Below, one piece after another: positions 51,534-64,000 of a stretch of DNA of 64,000 nucleotides (the stretch's first letter is position 1; each line of letters opens with the position of its first letter). The stretch is from Octopus vulgaris (Eukaryota), in the NCBI GenBank assembly GCA_951406725.2, contig OX597823.1, positions 52,018,001 to 52,082,000 of the forward strand. The letters run 5' to 3'. The notes beneath the pieces are model-generated. The model did not search any database and was not told the origin of the DNA. It was given only the letters and a program-made list of their open reading frames with translations. The position numbers were made by a program, and so were the translations under genes.

Positions 51534-51944
51534 ACCTCTTGTTATTTTAAATCAATCAAAATTGCTTAGGTTTATACTGAAAGGGATAATCATTAGCATT
51601 AATGATAATTCGTGCTGAAAAAGATAAGGGAGACAACTGTGAAATCATAATTGATTAAAACTTGAATGAGGTGTATGCAGAGTGGGGTGAGTGTGAGCGT
51701 TGGCAACTACAGTGAACTCGGGGCATGTCTTAGTCTTATTCTGAACACCATATTGAAGCAGAGTATTACAGATCTTGGAATAACTGAGAAATGAAAAACA
51801 TTTACTCATTATGTAATTTAAAATAATGAAATTGGAAAATTTCCCAGGGATGCCTTCTGCAGAAAACATATACTTAAAAGTCAGTGCTGAATTTAAAATG
51901 AGTGGCACTATTATGAACAACTCGACACTCAAAATTTGCTTATG

Positions 51945-52290
51945 CTTATAGTTTATGCTGTGGATGTGTGGTTAAGAAGCTTGCATCCCAACCATATGGT
52001 TTTCAGTTAAGTTCCACTATACAGCACTTTGGGCCAACTAAAGCCTTGTGTGTGGGCTTGGTTGATGGAAACTGAATGCCGACCATTATATATATATATA
52101 TGAATATTTATGTGTGCATGTCTTTGCATTTGACTACCAATTGTGATTTATTTATGTCCCTGTAACTTAGCAGTTAGGCAAAAGAGATATATAGAATAAG
52201 TTAAGGGGCTAATTTGTTTAACAAAACCCTTCAAGAAAGTGTCCCAGCATGACCAAAGTCCAATGAATGAAACAAGTAAAAGATAAAAGA
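51945..52290 (+). mobile_element. SINE family A, diverged
   Basis: gtggttaagaagcttgc..cccaaccatatggtt...gaaacaagtaaaagataaaag. Confidence 0.8.
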
Positions 52291-52480
52291 TCTTTCTTTA
52301 GACTATGTAAATTCAACAATGAAAACAGGATAACTTACTTTATTATATTATAGTATTATTATTATTATTTTTATTATATTTATGATTTACTAGTAATAAA
52401 AGTAGTGTTAGTAAAAAAGTACTGATTGATTAAAGTACTAAATAAATTTTTGTAATTGGTTTGCGTCATATAAATATATA

Positions 52481-52627
52481 TGGCGTTAGGAAGGGCATCC
52501 AGCCATAGAAACACTGCCAGATCTGACTGGGCTTGATGAAGCCTTCCGGCTTCACAGACCCCAGTTGAACCGTCCAAACCATGCTAGCATAGAACATGGA
52601 CGCTAAATGATGATGATGATGATGATG
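52481..52627 (+). mobile_element. RTE-type 3' tail
   Basis: Same family as 2449-2600. Confidence 0.85.
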
Positions 52628-53239
52628 ATATATATATATATATTGTTTCTTTTTATCTCAGTTTTAATGTCTGAATTTTACATGGATGGTATGGTTTAGT
52701 ACAAATTTAATCAGACATATATTTATAAGTAACAGCACAATAATTCTGAACTGAAGCCACATTTCTGTAGTTAATATCTTGGCATCTTTTACTTCTGCTT
52801 CAGTAGAATAGAATAAGCACTAGGTTTTAAAAAAATGAATACTGGGGTCGATTGTACCCCAGCACAACCATAGTTCAATGACTGAAACAAGCAAATGATA
52901 AATGATTAAAGATTTATGTATATATATATATATATATATTTGTGATATATTGGACTAATGAGTATACATCAATTAGTGTGCAGATGTGTTAAAGCAGGCG
53001 AATAGCAGCATGGCTTCCAAAAATCAAGATGTTTAGCAAGACACCACTTTATGTATGAATGAACCTGATGTGACCCAGACTGCAAAATTGATGCAATATC
53101 GTATGATGCACAGTATCCCACCTATAAAGGAGAGTTGCACCTATAGAGGACAGTCAAAACGATCAACATACAAAATAGTTATACTAGTGTGTGTGTGTAT
53201 ATCTATTTATATGTATATGTATTTGTATAGATATGTATA

Positions 53240-53270
<31 letters not shown>

Positions 53271-53353
53271 TATTTATTTATTTTATTTTATTTTTTTTTT
53301 TTTATTTTATCTAGTTTCAGCTCACGAGCTGTGGCCATGCTGGGGCACATACA

Positions 53354-53398
<45 letters not shown>

Positions 53399-53409
53399 CC
53401 ACATGTAAA

Positions 53410-53688
<279 letters not shown>

Positions 53689-53761
53689 GATATAGATATA
53701 GATACAGATATACATATACATATATATGTATATATGTATGAATGTATGTATGTATGTATGT

Positions 53762-54155
53762 AGGCACTGGAATGTCTGTGTAAGGGATTCACATCCCAAG
53801 CACATGGTTTTGGGTTCAGTCCCTCTGAGTGACAACATTGGGCAAGTATCTCCTATTATGGTCTTGTTCTAACGAAACTCTTGTGAGTGGATTCAGTAGA
53901 TGGAAACTGAAAGAAGCCAGTCGTGTGTGTGCGCACATGCACGTCTTTGTGTCTGTATTCCCCCACTACCACTTGATAAGTTGTGTTGGTGAGTTTACAT
54001 CCTTGTAACTTAGCTGTTTGGCTAAAGAGACCGATAGAATAAGTACCAGGCTTGCAAAAACAAAACTACTGGGATTCATTCCTTCGAGTATAAATTCTTG
54101 AAAGCAGTGCCCCAGCATGGCCTCAGTTAAATAACCAAAGCATGTAAAAGGTAAG
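53762..54155 (+). mobile_element. SINE family A, diverged
   Basis: cacatggttttgggttcagtcc...gaccgatagaataagtaccaggctt. Confidence 0.8.
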
Positions 54156-54297
54156 AGACACACATACAGATGGTGGGCTGAAGAGAGAGAGAGAGAGGAA
54201 TAAGTTTGTAAATATATTTACATATGCTCACTTAATAAACATACATTCCACCTTGCTGTTCATTTACTGTATATATACTATAATACCATATATATAT

Positions 54298-54357
<60 letters not shown>

Positions 54358-54573
54358 CCAACCCATGCTAGCATGGAGAACTGACGTTAAACGATGATGA
54401 TGATGCATATATATATATATACATATGTGTATATATATATATATATATACATACATACATATATATATATGTATGTATGTATATATATTAAACATACATA
54501 TGTGCATTTATTTATGAACTTATCCACATGAATGCTGTCTCAGTGCTTTAGTTAATGTATGTATGTGTGTTTT

Positions 54574-54620
<47 letters not shown>

Positions 54621-56069
54621 ATATGTGTTTGACTGCATGCGTGCCTGTATGTGTTGGGGGTAGGCGAGCAGTTAAATGAATAGTGGCATCATCTATATTT
54701 AATGCAGTTATCATCAGCAAGTTTTATGTAAGTTCTCCTGGTTTGAACATTACTCACTAGTGAATGTTATGCCAAATTTAGGTAAAAAGAATAGTTTGTA
54801 AACAGTGTAATTGAATCTGTAAACTTATTCACCTGACTATTCAATAAAACCAATGTTACCTGAACCAACATGTGTCATATGCCAGTAGCAAGTGTCAAGT
54901 GGTAAAACAATTTATCATTGAATAAAACCCCAGACACTAATACATATAAGAAAGTGCTATAATGAAATCAAATGTTTCAGAAATGAAATGCTTCTTTTGT
55001 ATAAAACTCATTGTTCTCACGAGACCAAAATAAATCTCTTGTTCACCAAAAAGGATACAATTTATGGTAATAACTAGTCTTGATGTTTAGCAGACAGAGT
55101 GTTATTTATATACATATATATATATATTTTGGACAAAATATATGCTGTCTGCTGCTGAAATATCTAAGGGATTTTTATTTTTGCATTAGTCATAAGAAAA
55201 TTTGCAATTCCTGACAAAGTGATTTGACTTTTAGAACTCGGCCATCATTAAGAGTAATATAGGAAAGATAAAGAAAAAGACTGCAGCATGAATTTTTGTA
55301 TCATGTATTTAGTGGGAAGGGGGAAAAAAAGTAAAGCAAATGGCTTCAGAGTTGTAAGGTTAGTCAAAGTAAACTGCTAGACATCATTTAATGAGCCCTT
55401 TAGCATATTTACTCCACTTACCTTTGAATTAAGTGTTTTTCCTTGAAAAATACATACAATTTGGGATAGTTTTTCTTCTGTTGACAGTCATTGTCCCTTC
55501 ATATTTTCAGAACAAAACTGTAACTAATTCATTCTGTATCATGGGTTGCATAAATCACATTTAGCAAAGAAATGCCAGCTTTAGGGAGGAAAATGTGGAG
55601 GCCATCTTGGCTTGTATTTATCTGTAGTTATTTATGAGACTGTGTGGTCACTTGTCATGAATAAAACTGCTCTTTGTCAAATTGGTGTTGTTAAGAACTG
55701 CAAAGCATAGCCTACATTTGAAATATGGAGTAACTGTATGCAGAAAAACAATCTTGAAAAGCATTTACCATGAAAAGAAATGGTTATAATATCTCTAGAT
55801 AGACTTCTACATAGATTACCCAATAAACAACAAAATACAAAAAAGGCAAATGTCAAAGTTCAAAGCATTCGTGCATATAGAAATGGTTTTCTAAGAATGG
55901 TAAAAATTCCTTTGCCGTATATCAATATTGATTGTCTTCAAGTACCAGACAGGCTAAAATTGCAGTGAACTGCCACTAACAAGGTTTGGTTTTGAGTGGC
56001 ACCCCCTTAGCCAATCCATTTTGCATTGACCCCATTCAATCTGTTCAAACATTAGGGTGATCAACCATT

Positions 56070-56200
56070 ATTATTATTTACAGCCACTTGTTCTGCTTTG
56101 GGGGTCTTGAAGCAGGGTTGGTCATGTTCTGAACCCTCTTCTTCAACCTTGCCAGCATGGTTTGCCCTGTCAGAACCACCAGGCTCCTGACGATATCATT
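56070..56200 (-). mobile_element. Possible RTE LINE 5'UTR remnant
   Basis: Minus strand gtcaggagcc..ggttctgac-agggcaaaccatgctggcaaggttgaag recalls RTE 5'UTR motifs; from memory only. Confidence 0.3.
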
Positions 56201-58619
56201 CATTCTATCCACATGTCTTAAACATTGTAGCTTCATCAAAAATTCATTTTAATAAATTATCCAATGGAAAATGACAATGAGATGTCCCTTCCACTATTCA
56301 GAAGATCAACTAAAACAAGATAAACCTTCAAAATGATTAAAACTGAGACAAAACTATGAATAATAGAACCCTCTAACCATTTTAAATGACATAACTCTAT
56401 CACCACTGGAACTAAAATTTTTGGAGTCAAAATAGAAAACTTAAAGATAAAAATAAACAATGCAAGATGCAAGATGCAACAAGAATCACAATGCCCTCTG
56501 CCAATTGTTCTACGGTATCTTTGTTCTCATCTGTTTTATATTAGGATTAGACTGTTAAGTCATCAATACCATTAATACAGAGGAACCTCTCAATCAGGAA
56601 GAAATTGAAATTCTTGGACATGAAAAACAGCAAAAACTGACAGTACTCACATCAAAATTATAACATTAAACTGAAGACACCTACTTACATGATTATAATC
56701 TCTTAAGAAGGGTTCTTTGTGTTTCTTGTGAGATGTATAATGAAGGGATTTCAGAAATATATAATAATATTGATGGTATTTTCAAATATTCATAGATTTC
56801 TTTGGTTTGTTTTTCTTTGAGAAGAAGAATAAAAAAAGAAAGAAAAATGTTTATGACATTAGTAGACAGACTTAGTATTTTATGAAGTTTTTAGTGTTTG
56901 AAAAACCATTAGAAAAGCAAGAGAAATGGAGTAGAGAAGTAAAAGTGGTGAAGAACAGAACGAAAATAAAGGAGGTGAAATAAGAGAAAGGGAAATGAAA
57001 GAAATAAAAATACAGGGGTATAGAAATGGAAACTATAGAGGAAGAGAAGGGAGAGGGGGAATAATAAGAGCTAGAGAAAGCAAGAGTGAGATAGAGAGAG
57101 ATAGAGAGAGACAGAGAGACAGAGAGACAGAGAGAGAGAGAAAGAGAGAGGGTGAAAATGCTTGTGACAGTGACTGTTAATTGCCCATTTTTAGAATGAG
57201 AATTTGAGTCTACATTTAATACAACCATAAACTTTCAGTTGTGAAAAACCAACGTAAATTAAGTTGGCAATTTAATACAATTTACTATGTTCAACCTACT
57301 TTATTTTAGTATATTTTTATAATTTTACTATACTTTATTATTTTAGAATATTTTATTTATTGTCATATTCCAGTGCTGATTTCTTCAGCCTCTTGACAGT
57401 GGCCATGCTGAGTGTTTTTGTATATTTTCACTCTGTTTTAGTGTAGTCTATTATATTTAATGTGTGACAATATTGTCACTCTCTTAATAGTAATCATCAT
57501 ATATTTAATAGACTTCTGAATGGTATGTATAATCTATTGTTTTCATAGGTCACGTCATAATCGATTCTCCATAAACCCCCATCATATTTAAAATTTGCTC
57601 TTGTATTGTCTGCTTTCGCTCACATGTCGCCCTTGAGGCAAATAAAGAAATCATCGTCACCACCACCACCACCACCACAATCATCATCATCATCATCATC
57701 GTCGTCGTCGTCGTCATCATCATCATCGTCGTCGTCATCATCATCATCACCAGTGTTGTAAGCTAGCTTAATCTTTAGAGAAATAGGACTAAACGTTTTA
57801 TTGTATTTCTTTCACTTCTCTGCATCCTGATTTCCAATCCTGCAGAGGCCAGCTGAGCATTTCATCTCTCTGGAGTTAATAAAATAATGTACCACTCAAG
57901 TCCTGTAGTCAATCAGGTTAACTAATCCACCCCTTCAAAACTAGTAGCTTTGTGCCTAAATTAAAAACAACTATCATTATTACTTTTATTATTAACTGTC
58001 ATGTCTTCCCCATAATTCAAGCAAGTTTTTCACTGCATCACCAATAAATGCACTTCATATTTTGTTGCTATTATCCTTAATGTTATTTGGAAGTCTTTTA
58101 CAATAGTATCGTGCTGGTGATTGCATTCATAATGTACAGTATGAATCAATTTTATTCAACTGAAGGTATCTTGTGTTGTTATAGATTTCCATTGGGCTAA
58201 TCACTGGTTCACTACATTTCAAATAGTGTAAGTGGCAGGTACTGTCTATGCAACATAGACAGAATACCACAAAATAGTTTATCAGCTTTTTGCAGTTGTT
58301 TACAACTTTTTCTGATATATTAGTGAAAGACATACAAACAACAATACAGCCATCTGTACATAATGTTAAAGGTTAGTGTAAGAGAAAAGATTTATACCAA
58401 AAAAGAAAAAACCTATGCCAAACTATAGAGGAATCTGTTGTTACTCCACCATACTATAACTTTTGATTTATACTTACAGTTATTGGGGCAACTACCGACC
58501 TTGTATCGCTCTTGAGAAGCTGGGCTTTATGAAATCAGAAAGGACACAGCTAACTATAAAATTTCGTCTCTACAAGCCATTAAAGAAACTGTAAAAAATA
58601 TGTGAAACATCCAAGACGT

Positions 58620-58812
58620 TTAGCATGTAATAAGTTAGCATGTAACAAAAAAATATTCTACTAGTCAGATCAAGCCTCTCACATGTACCCTACAATGTCT
58701 TTCTGAAAATAAACAACCACATCATTGTGATCTTAAAACTATGAGATAATTCAAGATTAATTCAAAACAATATGAATAATTAACTATTACATTTGACATA
58801 GTGAAAAGGGTT
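58620..58812 (+). mobile_element. piggyBac-like MITE family 2, diverged
   Basis: gcctctcaca..taccctacaatgtc...gattaattcaaaacaat matches 42438-42653. Confidence 0.7.
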
Positions 58813-60202
58813 ATAGACATAAAAAAAAAACTAGTGGTTTGTCAGCAAACATTACATGATGAAGTCAATCAGCCTGGATAAACTTGTACTGCTGAGTATG
58901 GTAGGGAAGAAAAACAAGACATTTTAGAACTGGCTCTTAACCTGAAAAGAAGTCAAATGTGCTCAACTGAAAAAAAAAATTTCTCATTTGGAAAAGTATG
59001 TTTTATTCTGATATGACAAGTCAGTTCCAAAACGCTGTATTCTTCTTCTTCCCAAGGCATATGAAATTAACCAAAATGATGAACTTCATTATGTTATTTA
59101 TAATATCATTTTACTTGAATTTTACACATAATCGATTAATTTTATATTTTTCACTCGATAAAACACCTCTATTATTTATGCTTTTGCCTTTTGTCTTTCT
59201 ATAATATCCCTTCTTTGGTGCACTTATAGCATATAAAGAAAACATTATTAATATAATTATTGATTATTTGACTAAAGGCCGTGGATAACAGAATCAGTAG
59301 ACTAGTAATATACTGGGAGTTAATCCAACCAATTATGTCTCGTCTATAAATATGTGGACTTCTGCCAATGTACGCTTATTGGTTATTGGTTATTGGTTTG
59401 TAAACACATATTTTTCGATCTGCAGGAATTTGTGAGAATTTTTGTTCAAGAGCAAATCACAAAGTTAGAAGAAATTCGAACTTGAGGAAATTTATATCTT
59501 ATCAAAGTAGGTGCCCTAAAGCTGATGGTAATTTATGTTCCAACACGAGCAGCATCACTAGAATTTTTTGAGATAACTTTTCTAAAGTCTCTGCATGTCC
59601 TGCAAATGTCTGAGATATCATTCTGTTAACCCTTAGAGGAATACTAGAATGATATCTTAGGCATATGCTGGCTTGTATCAAAACAGCAATACAAGGAATA
59701 AAGATAAAGTAATTCTTAAAAGAGATCAGGAAGCTACAACTCCTCGAACAAATACAAATGCATTTCCTAAACTGTAACATGGATCAGAAGTATCATTGCG
59801 AAACCTAGTAACCAGTTGATCTATCAAGCAGGGCTTCATCTCAGTGAGAGAGCGAATGGGAGATGGGGGTGAGGGCAGTACACAATAATACCATTGAGAT
59901 GAAAGACCCGAAATGGCATGCATTCTCTCCTGATGACCCCATAAACTCACTAACATCCAGTATGTTGAGCTTTTTTAACTGGTAGCACATTCATCTGCAA
60001 GTTGTTTACCAAAAGAAAACAAAATTGTAACAGGGTTTGAGAAGTATCATTGAAGAACTTTCAGTTATTAAGTTTGCTGATGTTAACAATTTCAGCTAGT
60101 TAGCTACACAGATACACAGAACACAATTTGATGATGATGATGTGTATGTAATGTAAAAATATATATATATATAATGTATGTATGTATGTATGTATATATG
60201 TA

Positions 60203-60233
<31 letters not shown>

Positions 60234-60284
60234 GCATACATATATATACATACATACACATATACATACGTAATATTTCTTTCA

Positions 60285-60480
60285 AAATATGACCTCGTGT
60301 GTACCGTTGGCGATTTTTTTTTCTTCTGGATCTTTCCTTCTCCTATGTTTCCAACGAAGAGCTCTGCTCAAAACGTTAAAGCTTCCTTCTTTCCTTCCTT
60401 CCTGAGCGTCCAATAATACTATATTTGTTCCACGTCCTCGCGTTGTTGTGCTTTTTTGTGTTTTCTTGTTTGGATTAACT
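60285..60480 (+). mobile_element. Penelope pLTR-like element with minimal hammerhead motif, in (TA)n
   Basis: gttt-ccaacga-a-GAGC-tct-GCTC-aaaACGT-t-aaagc at ~60347-60382. Confidence 0.65.
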
Positions 60481-60643
60481 TTATATATATATATATATAC
60501 ATATATATACTGTATACATTTAAACACATAAGAGGTGACCATCATAGGACAGCTAGCATGCTAGAAGGAATAGCCAAAATCCAAACCACTCTTAGGGACA
60601 AATCTTAAAGGGAATGAAAAATAAAGACATTTACTATCTATCT

Positions 60644-60713
60644 CCTGGACCATGGTTTTTAGCTCTATATTAATAAATAAAATAATTTGCTAGGTGGAGC
60701 TTTCATCAACAGG
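60644..60713 (-). ncRNA. Hammerhead ribozyme motif, decayed (G12 to A)
   Basis: CCUG-UUGAUGA-...-AAAAC-CAUG-GUC-CAGG. Confidence 0.6.
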
Positions 60714-60767
60714 TACGCCAAGATTAAGCATATAAATATGAGGCAATCCAGCAGTTCTTCATGCTTA

Positions 60768-61277
60768 TCTATATATATAAAACTCTAGTTGTGTGAGTGT
60801 CTGTCCCCTTCGATTTAGATTCCTAACTCCTCCCACATTTTGCGGTGCAGTTTAACCAAATTCGGGTATCTTATAGTCGTGATTCACCTCGAGCCCGTCT
60901 GGCTATTAGCGCGCGTCAACAATGAGTCAACGATTTTAAAAATAATTTAACATCATTTTTTATTCCATTTTAATGCATAATTTTTCGTGTGTCGATGGCG
61001 GCGGAGTTGGCGTCCACGCTCACAGCTGCACCTGTTTGCTTCTCCCCCTTCCCTCCCTCGTGAAGCTGTGGGGAAGGGAGTGTAAAGAAATCAACGTCGT
61101 AATGCGTTGTCAAGGAGACCAGCGTTCTTTTAGAACAACGACTTCATGGCTTGAAGACACCAAAACAGAAATGGCTAAGAAAGCCCGAATTGGCATCTAT
61201 AAGGGAAGTAACTCTCTAAAAATGCTTATATAGTTATTTCTCTTACAAACCCGAGCAACGCCGGGCGATACTGCTAG
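60768..61277 (+). mobile_element. Non-autonomous Helitron, young
   Basis: A|TC start, 3' hairpin cccg-agcaacgc-cggg then CTAG|T; CpG-rich. Confidence 0.9.
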
Positions 61278-61283
61278 TATATT

Positions 61284-61393
61284 ATAATTTTTCAAATCCA
61301 CTGCACAAACGCAGTTTTTTGTCAGCAGCAAATAAAATAATGCCAATGTTTCTTCGAAAAAACTGCACTTGCACAGTGGATTTGAAAAATTAT
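61284..61393. repeat. Inner inverted repeat (~37-bp arms)
   Basis: ataatttttcaaatccactg...gcagtttttt / aaaaaactgc...cagtggatttgaaaaattat. Confidence 0.85.
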
Positions 61394-61444
61394 TATATAT
61401 AAACACGAGGCACAAGCTGGATTGCCTCGTTTAATCTTGGCATA

Positions 61445-61514
61445 CCTGTTGATGAAGGCTCTGCCTAGCAAATTATTTGATTTGCTAATATAGAGCTAGA
61501 AACCATGGTCCAGG
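61445..61514 (+). ncRNA. Type I hammerhead ribozyme with long stem II and palindromic stem III loop
   Basis: CCUG-UUGAUGA-A-GGCUCUG-cc-UAGCAAAUU-auuu-GAUUUGCUA-aua-UAGAGCU-A-GAAAC-CAUG-GUC^CAGG; predicted cut after 61510. Confidence 0.8.
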
Positions 61515-62263
61515 AGATAGGTGGTAAATATTTTTATTTTTCATTCCCTTTAAGATTTGTCCCTTATAATGGTTTGGATTTCAGCTGTTCCTTCTAGCAT
61601 GGTCACCTCATATGTGTTTAAATGTACACTGTATTTATATGAATAATATATAGTCTACTGACTAGTTTTCTACATGCTAGGCCACTAGTAGTAAAAGATT
61701 TCAAAAATTCTTTTCTTACCCTGTGTTCGCAGCAGTGTTGGAGGTGGTGGTAGTCGTTGTAGTATTAGTATGTTGCTGATGTATAGGAAGAGAATAGGTG
61801 GAAACTCACTTGGGTGTAAATCAAAAGTACACATGCAAGTGCTAAAAAAAGGTGCAGTGTGGTATCTCTGGCCAGCTAACAAATAAATATATGAATAAAT
61901 AAATAAATAAATTATTATAAAAATGATAGGTATATCATAGTAGCTAGCAGTAGAGACACCTGTATGACTCAGTAGACATAGCAGATAGCTTTTGATAGTG
62001 CCGTGATCTAATGAGTGTTGGAAACAGTAGTGAAAGCTGTTGGCATATTGAAAAAACAGAATGGAAAACATTCAATGAGTTATTGGTTCTTTTGGCTCAC
62101 AAGGTTGTTCTTTTTTCATGCCAAAAGGTATATAGTATTATGTATGCTTAAAACGTGTGATACTGTATGGAGAGTGGGGCATTAAACATAGGAGATTTAT
62201 AGAAGTAGGGGAAGATATGAGACAAGCAAGATTTGTTGAATTTATAATTGTAATCTATATAAA

Positions 62264-62515
62264 AGTGGAGGCACATGGCTTAGTGGTTATGGTGCCAGCA
62301 CCATGGTCGAAAGATTGTGGTTTTGATTCCTGGACTGAGTGACGCGTTGTGTTCTTGAGCAAAACACTTCATTTCATGTTGCTCCAGTCAACTCAGCTGG
62401 CAAAAATGAGTAACGCTGCAATGGACTGGCGTCCTGTCCTGCTGGGAAACGTACACGCCATAGAAACCGGGAAACCAGGCCCATGAGCCTGGCTAGGCTT
62501 TAAAAGGGTGCATTT
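62264..62515 (+). mobile_element. SINE family C (tRNA head, CORE-like and Meta-like segments)
   Basis: tggcttagtggtta...tgattcct head; gttgtgttcttgagcaaaacact; gcaatggactggcgtcctgtcc...agaaaccggg. Confidence 0.88.
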
Positions 62516-62819
62516 ATTTACTTATTATTAATCTATATGAAAGGAAAAGTGTAGAAGAGGTAACTGCTCTCGTTATTGATATATGATGCAATGATGCAAA
62601 TAGATGATGACTACACACTACATAATATCCATAGGAAAAGATGACAAGTCGATGTGGAAAAGAAGTTATAAAGTTTGAGCTGTGAATCTGAGGTCTTTCA
62701 CTTGAGTTAAATGACTTGGTATAAGTGGTAATATTCTGCGCAAAAGATATATCTAATCTATCAAAGCATGGGAAAACAAACTTTAAGAGGTTGCTGCAGA
62801 TGAAAAAAATGATATATAA

Positions 62820-63258
62820 TTCTTTTGTTCTTTTACTGGTTTCAGTCATCAGACTGCAGCCATGTTGGGGCACCACCATGGAGAATTTAAATCAAATGAA
62901 TTGACCCCACTACTCATTATTTTTAAAGCCTGGTATTTAGTCTATTAGTCTCTTTTGTTGAACTGTTAAGTCATAGAGACATAGATATATCAACACCAGC
63001 TGTCAAATGGTGGTGGGGACAAACACAGACACAAAGGCACCCCACATACATATACACATATATGTATATGATGGGTTTTTTTCAGTTTCCCATACGTATA
63101 TACATATATGTATATGTTGGACTTATTTCAGTTTCCATCTACCAAATCTACTCCCAAAGCTATAGTAGAAGACACTTACCCAAGGAGTCACACCATGGAA
63201 CTGGACACAGAACCAAATGGTTAGGGAGCAAACTTATCACGCAGGCATACCTGCACCT
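62820..63258 (-). mobile_element. SINE family A, diverged
   Basis: Similarity to 9268-9669. Confidence 0.8.
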
Positions 63259-64000
63259 ATAATGATCAGTAAATTCATCTATAATGATCAGAACATTCAT
63301 ATCATCATAATCATCATCATCACTTAAGATCTGCTTTCCATGCTGGCATATATTCTTTATTAATCTAACACTAATCAGGAAGTGGATTGTTGTAAGAGGG
63401 ATTCCTGTGAAGTATTAACATTTGTAGTATATATTTTAACATTATGTTGTACAATGACATTAGTATTTGATACTTAAAGTGTAACTTGCTGTTGATATAA
63501 ACATGTGTTTGTGTTGTAACTGCAGTTTTGCATAAAAACTTTAGATAACACATATACACACACATAGTCATACATACTTGACATATAATGTGTATGTGCA
63601 TATATGCACACATACATATACGATAAAACACTTGTGCATACTCACTCACATATATCATGTTGCATAGAGAAATATCAGATGGCTATCCCCATCTGTGGTT
63701 AACTGGCCTAAACACAGATATTGTAAGTAAACCAGAGCTGCAGATTGGATATAGTTTTCTTTTTGCTGTGAGAATTGTTGTTACAGTTCAGTGCAAAATT
63801 ATCTCTGGCAGAATGCCAGGCTTGGCGTTGAGTAGAAAGAGTTCCACCAGCAAACATCTTGGGAGAGGCAATTTCGTGCAAGCTGTTATTTTTACATGGT
63901 TAAATGACACTTGTTCTGTCAGAGTGTTAGTTGCATCAGGTGTGGTTTGCTTTAACACTGATAGGCACTGGCACTCAACCAAATTTTCACAGATAGACAG

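Larger units (their letters stand above)
60510..61631. mobile_element. Long foldback element (arms 60510-60752 and 61416-61631), each arm carrying a hammerhead
   Basis: Arms are reverse complements over ~215-240 bp; spacer contains a Helitron and a second hairpin. Confidence 0.85.

Noticed and set aside
52941-53190. TG-starting segment with a TATA-like motif after (TA)n, possible solo LTR
   Set aside because: No clear CA end, TSD or second copy.
56692-56741. ~19-bp AT-rich hairpin (also a 9-bp stem at 55089-55153)
   Set aside because: Low complexity and short; within chance expectation.
60510-61631. Tc1/mariner MITE interpretation (right end reads TA-CAGTG on the minus strand)
   Set aside because: The left end does not match cleanly and the arms encode a complete hammerhead, which favours inverted Penelope pLTRs; not fully excluded.

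Overview
AT-rich, repeat-saturated eukaryotic DNA with no intact protein-coding gene that I can support; it is probably intronic or intergenic. The SINE repertoire and the microsatellite load look like an octopod (Octopus-like) genome, which is an inference from repeat content. Nearly all long ORFs in the track are microsatellite artefacts. Recognisable content: three tRNA-headed SINE groups (dozens of copies), decayed RTE, CR1, Dong/R4 and Penelope retroelement pieces, a full-length but pseudogenised FLYWCH-MULE (Phantom-like) transposon nested in a hAT-like MITE, piggyBac-like TTAA MITEs, a Helitron RepHel fragment and two non-autonomous Helitrons. The most notable signal is a set of about ten hammerhead-ribozyme motifs from several unrelated short non-coding families, mostly embedded in (TA)n tracts. 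Three of these families are long foldback palindromes with an outward-facing hammerhead motif in each arm; the best case is 60510-61631, which has a complete ribozyme fold at 61445-61514. All folds and alignments were done by eye, and element boundaries are approximate unless a TSD or terminus is quoted.
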